A stretch of DNA of 64,000 bases, taken from NCBI GenBank assembly GCA_963728745.1, contig CAVSKY010000006.1, forward strand, positions 389,015-453,014. Direction: 5' to 3'. The notes below the pieces were generated by a model, which was given only the letters and a program-made list of their open reading frames with translations, was not told where the DNA came from and did not search any database. This DNA comes from an uncultured Chloroflexia bacterium (lineage in GTDB: Bacteria > Chloroflexota > Limnocylindria > Limnocylindrales > CSP1-4). The position numbers and the translations under genes were made by a program. Of this stretch, positions 59,303 to 64,000 are shown piece by piece. Position 1 is the first letter of the stretch. Every line of letters starts with the position of its first letter.

Positions 59303-60292
59303 CTAGTTCGGCGTCAGCCAGACCGGGTAGTCGCGGATGTCGGTCGGGCTGCCGTCCTTGGCCGACCCGAAGTACACCCTCACGGTGCCCCACTGCGCCT
59401 TCGGAACGTCGTACTGCAACGTGACGTCGAAGGTGCCGCGGCAGCCGGTGCCGCACGTCGCCATCGCCATCTTGTCGGCGAGGACCGTGCGCGACCCGTC
59501 CAGCAGCGCGACGCGGAACGTCGCCTCGAACACGTTCGAGGTGCCGGTGATCCGGGCCGGGTTGCCGGCCGCGGCGCCGAACGCCGGCCGGTCCACGAAC
59601 GTCGACGGCAGCTGGTCCTCGAAGTCGGCTCGCCGCTGCGGCCCGTCGAGGACGATGCCCTCTGGACCGAAGGTCGTGACGGTCCGGCCCTCGACCTGGA
59701 ACAACACGGCACGGACCGTCGAGAACTGGGTCAGCGTGTAGACGACCTGGCCGAGGCGGTACATCGCCGAGGCGCTGCCGCCACCCGTCTCGAAGTCACG
59801 CGACAGATCGACCGTCGCGACACCGTTCCTGATCGCGATGCCGAGCAGCGAGGTGCCGTCCGGGACGGCCGTCGACAACTGCGAGTACTTGCCGAGGATG
59901 GCGTCGCCATCAAGCAAGGCCTCCATCGCGGCACGGGCGACGCCGCTCGTCTTGGGGACGACCCGCAGCGTCGGGACGATCCCCTCCACCCCGGGCTCAC
60001 CATCGAGCACGTAATAGGCGCGGATGACCATCGTCTCGACCGGAGTCGAGGGTGAGGCGCTCGGCGCGGCCGACGGGCCCGACGGCGAGGATGACGGCGA
60101 GCTCGAGGGGGACGGGGATGCCGACGGCGCCGGCGTCTCGTCGGACGGGCCTGGGTCGACGGATGGTGCCTCGGTCGGCGGCACGGTCGGCACCTGGCCG
60201 AGACTCCCTGACGGTGAACAGGCCACGGTGGCGAGCAGCAGCGCGCAGAGAGCGAGGGCCGGAACGAGGCTTCGATGATGGGTGGCGATCAT
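59303..60292 (-). CDS. lpqB: LpqB-like lipoprotein (GerMN + Gmad2 domains)
   Basis: Lipobox ATVACS, then a Pro/Ser-rich linker. It lies directly downstream of the mtrB-like kinase. Confidence 0.75.
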   Translation of the reverse strand: MIATHHRSLVPALALCALLLATVACSPSGSLGQVPTVPPTEAPSVDPGPSDETPAPSASPSPSSSPSSSPSGPSAAPSASPSTPVETMVIRAYYVLDGEPGVEGIVPTLRVVPKTSGVARAAMEALLDGDAILGKYSQLSTAVPDGTSLLGIAIRNGVATVDLSRDFETGGGSASAMYRLGQVVYTLTQFSTVRAVLFQVEGRTVTTFGPEGIVLDGPQRRADFEDQLPSTFVDRPAFGAAAGNPARITGTSNVFEATFRVALLDGSRTVLADKMAMATCGTGCRGTFDVTLQYDVPKAQWGTVRVYFGSAKDGSPTDIRDYPVWLTPN

Positions 60293-60371
60293 GGCGTGGG
60301 CTCCGGATGCGGGAACGATGGGCCCTAGCCTCGATCAGCCAGGTCGCCGTCGCATCGCTGCCAGGTAACGA

Positions 60372-61772
60372 TCAGGCAACATCGCGGGGCAGCACGAGTT
60401 CCAGCCGGAGCCCGCCGTCCTCGCAATTCATCGCCTGCAGGTAGCCGCCCATGAGCGCTGCGTGCTCCGCGGCGATCGCCAGCCCGAGGCCGCTGCTGCC
60501 GCCGGCACGTGACGGATCGACCTTGGTGAATCGGTCGAAGATCATCTCGAGCCGATCGGGTGGGACTCCCGGTCCGCGGTCGGAGACCGCGATGACGACC
60601 TCGTCGCGCCGGGCCGCGAGCTCGATCTCGACGTCCGCGTCGCCGGCGTGTTCCCTGGCGTTGTCGAGGAAGTTGCCGAGGATACGCTCCAATCGCCGCG
60701 GATCCGCCTCGATCATCACGGGACGCTCCGGCTGATCGAAGCGGGCCTTCGGCGAGCGCGCGGCGCGCACGGTCTCGATCAGCCGCCCGACATCCACCCC
60801 CTCGAGCGCTACCTGCTCGGCATTCGCGTCGAACCGCGACAGCTCCATGAGCTCCTCGACGAGGGTGCGCAGCCGGGCGACGTCGTTCACCAGCATCTCC
60901 GCCGCTCGCCGGCTCTCCGGTGGTAGCTCGCCGAGGTGCTCCCGCACGATGGACGCCTCGGCGACCAGCGCCGTCAGCGGCGTGCGCAGCTCATGCGACA
61001 CGTCCGCGACGAACCGGCGGTTCTGATGCTGGGCTGCCTCGAGTCGGCGGATCAATTCGGCCAGCGTGTCGGTCATCCGGTTGAACCGGTCCGCCCAGAT
61101 GCCGAACTCGTCGTGGGACGTCACGGGAACCCGGGCGAGCAGGTCGCCGCGCTCGATGCGCTCGGCGGTCTGCCCGGCTTCCTCGATCGGCGCGAGGATG
61201 CCGCGCGCGAGCATCCGCGCGGTCAGCAGTGCGACCAGGACGAGGAGCAAGGCGCCGATCAACAACACCGTCCGGAGTTGGTCCACGGCGGTCTTGATCG
61301 ACTCGACGTCGCGCACGAAGTAGACCGCCACGCCGCCGCCAGGCGCGAGGCCACCGACCACCAGGGACGGCTTCCCCGCCACGTCGATCCAGGCGAAGGC
61401 CAGCTCGCCGCGGCCTACCCGAGCTGGAACGTCGGCCGGCAGTCGCTCGAGCAGGTCCTCGAGCGTCTCGTTCGACTTGACCGCCTCGCCACCGCCCAGG
61501 TCGATGACCAATTCGACGCCGCGCCGGCGGAACGTCTCGCGCAGACCGCTGTTGATGACGTCCTCGATCGTCGGGTCCTCCGGCAGCTGGCGACCGGGGA
61601 CCGTGATCGCCAGGTCGAAGCGAGCCTGGTCGGCCGCATCGCGGAGCGCCTGGTCGTGGAGCCGCCCATCGACGAAGACGGAGGCACCGAGCCCGAGCAC
61701 GACCGCGGTGACCGCCACGAGGAGGACCAGCGCTCCGGCGAGTCGAGCCCGGACCCCCCGCGGCCAGCGCAT
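60372..61772 (-). CDS. mtrB: Sensor histidine kinase, MtrB-like (TM-HAMP-HisKA-HATPase_c)
   Basis: Two TM helices, a HAMP domain, the H-box VADVSHELRTPL and the G-boxes DRGPGV...GSSGLGLAI. Confidence 0.8.
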   Translation of the reverse strand: MRWPRGVRARLAGALVLLVAVTAVVLGLGASVFVDGRLHDQALRDAADQARFDLAITVPGRQLPEDPTIEDVINSGLRETFRRRGVELVIDLGGGEAVKSNETLEDLLERLPADVPARVGRGELAFAWIDVAGKPSLVVGGLAPGGGVAVYFVRDVESIKTAVDQLRTVLLIGALLLVLVALLTARMLARGILAPIEEAGQTAERIERGDLLARVPVTSHDEFGIWADRFNRMTDTLAELIRRLEAAQHQNRRFVADVSHELRTPLTALVAEASIVREHLGELPPESRRAAEMLVNDVARLRTLVEELMELSRFDANAEQVALEGVDVGRLIETVRAARSPKARFDQPERPVMIEADPRRLERILGNFLDNAREHAGDADVEIELAARRDEVVIAVSDRGPGVPPDRLEMIFDRFTKVDPSRAGGSSGLGLAIAAEHAALMGGYLQAMNCEDGGLRLELVLPRDVA

Positions 61773-61778
61773 CCTGCC

Positions 61779-62465
61779 CTACCGAGCCGCTTTGTAGCCG
61801 GCGCCGCGGACCGTGAGGATCAGCTCGGGCGACGCCGGGTCGGCCTCGACCTTGGCGCGCAGCCGCCCGACGGCCACATCGACCAGCCGCGAGTCGCCGA
61901 GGTAGTCGTAGCCCCAGATCCGGTCGAGCAGCGTGTCACGCGCGAGGACCTGCCCCGGATGTCGGGCGAGATCGACCAACAGCTCGTACTCGGTCCTCGT
62001 CAGCGGGATCTCCTCCGCCGAGCCGTCGCGGGAGACGCTGCGACCTGCGAGGTCGATGACCAGCGGCCCGAGCCGGAGCTGTGCGGGCTCTTCGTCCTTC
62101 CGCCCGACCCGCCGCAGGGCCGCCCGGACCCGGGCCACGAGCTCGGGTACCTCGAACGGCTTGCGCACGTAGTCATCGGCACCGGCCTCCAGCCCGACCA
62201 CGACGTCGATCGTGTCGGCGCGCGCGGTGAGCATCACGATCGGGACGGTCGATGTGCGACGGATCGCGCGGGCCACCTCGAGGCCGTCCATCCGCGGCAG
62301 CATGACGTCGAGGAGCACCAGATCGACGTTCGCGGCCTCGAAGCGGTCGAGCCCGGCTCGGCCGTCGTCCGCGGTCTCGACCGTGAAGCCGGCGTTGCGC
62401 AGCCCGATCGCGGTCACTTCCCGGATCGACGGGTCGTCCTCGATGAGCAGGATCCTGGCATCCAC
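61779..62465 (-). CDS. mtrA: OmpR-family response regulator, MtrA-like
   Basis: Receiver ILLIEDDPSIRE...DLVLLDVMLPRMDG and winged-helix LTRTEYELL...GYKA. Confidence 0.85.
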   Translation of the reverse strand: MDARILLIEDDPSIREVTAIGLRNAGFTVETADDGRAGLDRFEAANVDLVLLDVMLPRMDGLEVARAIRRTSTVPIVMLTARADTIDVVVGLEAGADDYVRKPFEVPELVARVRAALRRVGRKDEEPAQLRLGPLVIDLAGRSVSRDGSAEEIPLTRTEYELLVDLARHPGQVLARDTLLDRIWGYDYLGDSRLVDVAVGRLRAKVEADPASPELILTVRGAGYKAAR

Positions 62466-62480
62466 GCCGGGGAGTATGCC

Positions 62481-63725
62481 CTAGGCTTCAGGCAGCTCCG
62501 TCGCCTGCCGTGGCGTCCCGCTCTCGGATCGTTCGGTTCGGATCGGCAGTGTCGCGAGCGCGGCCGCGATGAATGCCACAGCCATCAGGCCGAACACGAC
62601 TGGTACTCCGGTCGGCTCGCCGAGCTGCTCGATGACGATGCCGTAGAGGGCGGTCCACAGCGACCCGACCCCGAATGCCAGCGTGAAATAGAGCGCGTAC
62701 GAGGCGTCACGGGTCGCCGCCGGCGCGATGTCCGCGAGGAGCGCCTGGAGCTGTGGCGATTCCGCGAACGAGAACAGGCCCATGATCACGATCCCGACCC
62801 ACAGCCACAGCAACGACGACCCGGCGAAGATGAACACGCCGAACCCGATGGCGCCGCCGACGTACGCCAGGATGATCAGCGGCTTGCGACCGAAGCGATC
62901 GGACAGCCAGCCGGCCAGCAGCGGCATGGGCACGCTGAACACGATCAGCGCCCCGTACATCAGCCCGGATGTGGCATCGTCGAGGCCCAGCACACGGGTC
63001 ATGTAGATCAGCGCGAACAGGTTCACCACCCCGAGCCCGCGGCCGCCACCGCCGAGGACCGATGTGAGGAACACCCAGCGCAGGTCCCGGTCGGCGATGA
63101 CGCGTCTGAGGCCGTCGAGGCTACTGCCACCAGCCCGGGCAGCAGCGCGGTCCGTGCCCCATTCCCGGACGAACGCCAGGATGCTGATGGCGATCACGAT
63201 CGCGGCCGCGCCGAACACGATCGAGACGCCTCGCCAGCCGAGAAGCGCGAGCAGCGGAGTGCCGACCACCGCGACGACGACTGTGCCGACGTTGCCGCCC
63301 GCGATGTGGGCGCTGATCGCGAACCCGCGTCGTTCCGGCGGGAACTGCTCGGCAAGCAGGCCGTTGCCGACCGGGTGCTGCGGGGAGCTGCCGATCCTCG
63401 ACACGATGTTCGGGATCGTGAAAGTGAGGAAGTTCGTCGCCAGGGCCATGGCCGCGAAGCCGCCGCCGAACAGGATCCCGCCCATCCCCAGGAGGCGGCG
63501 GCGCGACACGTGACGCGTCAGCTCCGCGTAGCTCAGCTGGACGAGCCCGGCGGCCATCGACCCGGCCGCGGCGAGGAACGCGACCGACTGCACCGTCACG
63601 CCGAACTCGTCGATGATCGCCAGGAAGATCGGTGGCAGCAGGACGGCGAAGGAGTGGTTCACTGCGTGGGCGGCCGACAACAGGCCGAGCGAGCGACCCG
63701 GCCGGACATCCATCACGCGACCCAT
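62481..63725 (-). CDS. MFS transporter
   Basis: 414 aa, 12 TM helices and the MFS loop LSDRFGRKP. Confidence 0.75.
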   Translation of the reverse strand: MGRVMDVRPGRSLGLLSAAHAVNHSFAVLLPPIFLAIIDEFGVTVQSVAFLAAAGSMAAGLVQLSYAELTRHVSRRRLLGMGGILFGGGFAAMALATNFLTFTIPNIVSRIGSSPQHPVGNGLLAEQFPPERRGFAISAHIAGGNVGTVVVAVVGTPLLALLGWRGVSIVFGAAAIVIAISILAFVREWGTDRAAARAGGSSLDGLRRVIADRDLRWVFLTSVLGGGGRGLGVVNLFALIYMTRVLGLDDATSGLMYGALIVFSVPMPLLAGWLSDRFGRKPLIILAYVGGAIGFGVFIFAGSSLLWLWVGIVIMGLFSFAESPQLQALLADIAPAATRDASYALYFTLAFGVGSLWTALYGIVIEQLGEPTGVPVVFGLMAVAFIAAALATLPIRTERSESGTPRQATELPEA

Positions 63726-63787
63726 CTTGCCGGAATCGGTGCCGTATCCTTGGCCCGTTCCCGCGAGGTCACCGCCCGGAGGTCACG

Positions 63788-64000
63788 ATGCCCACCGTCC
63801 TCATCGTCGACGATGAGCAGCACATCCGGTTGCTCATCGAGCAGACGCTCGAGGAGCTCGAGGACGAGGGCGTGGAGCTGCTTACTGCGGCCGATGGTGA
63901 GGCGGCGCTGGACATCGTCGCCAACCACGCCCCCCAGCTCGTGTTCCTGGATGTGTCGATGCCAAAGAAGGATGGTTTCGAAGTGGCCCGGGCGATCAAG
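63788..64000 (+). CDS. Response regulator receiver domain protein (partial, 3' end off the window)
   Basis: MPTVLIVDDEQHIRLL...LVFLDVSMPKKDGFEVARAIK is CheY-like, with phospho-acceptor D and K. Confidence 0.7.
   Translation, partial: MPTVLIVDDEQHIRLLIEQTLEELEDEGVELLTAADGEAALDIVANHAPQLVFLDVSMPKKDGFEVARAIK

Overview
A 64-kb, roughly 70% GC window from a probable actinobacterium. The taxon call rests on the mtrA-mtrB-lpqB operon, F420/LLM-type enzymes and a TCGAA-rich palindrome style. Nearly all of it is coding, on both strands.

The centrepiece is a roughly 14-kb selenium/formate dehydrogenase locus at about 17.3-31.5 kb. On the minus strand it carries mobA-selB-selA-tRNA(Sec). Divergent from that, on the plus strand, come selD and a formate dehydrogenase catalytic subunit with an in-frame UGA (Sec) followed by a SECIS-like hairpin. 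Four more genes follow: a cupin, a zinc-ribbon class III adenylate/guanylate cyclase, a NuoE-NuoF fusion, and a separate NuoG-like Fe-S subunit. Together these give a split, Hyl/FdhF2-like NAD(P)-linked formate dehydrogenase. A PPOX/F420-type protein, fdhD and two paralogous zinc-ribbon membrane proteins complete the locus.

The rest of the window contains:
- a NarL-type two-component pair
- several MFS/EamA transporters
- a membrane-anchored SbcC/Rad50-like ATPase with an SbcD/Mre11-like phosphoesterase, paired divergently with a four-CxxC zinc-ribbon gene
- a peptidase S51 protein, a SAM methyltransferase, an MBL hydrolase and an amidohydrolase
- a lysA-like PLP decarboxylase, an alpha/beta hydrolase and a large secreted BNR/FN3 protein
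- RlpA, AlkA-like, TfoX_N and FAD-oxidoreductase genes
- an AraC regulator with a sugar ABC transporter and a GH78 alpha-L-rhamnosidase
- a minus-strand sugar-alcohol-type cluster (LLM/F420 oxidoreductase, Fe-ADH, ribose-type ABC transporter, SDR, LacI, GMC oxidoreductase)
- an overlapping three-gene operon of a ParB/Srx-like protein, a calcineurin-like phosphoesterase and an unknown protein
- HdeD, tRNA-Pro(CGG), and mtrA-mtrB-lpqB
- an MFS transporter and a partial response regulator at the right edge

No CRISPR arrays, transposases or integrases were seen.

The non-coding signals I could support are:
- twin 16-bp palindromes over the selD start
- a degenerate roughly 63-bp tandem repeat with hairpins at 10.9-11.1 kb
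- two strong terminator hairpins
- a LacI-type operator candidate
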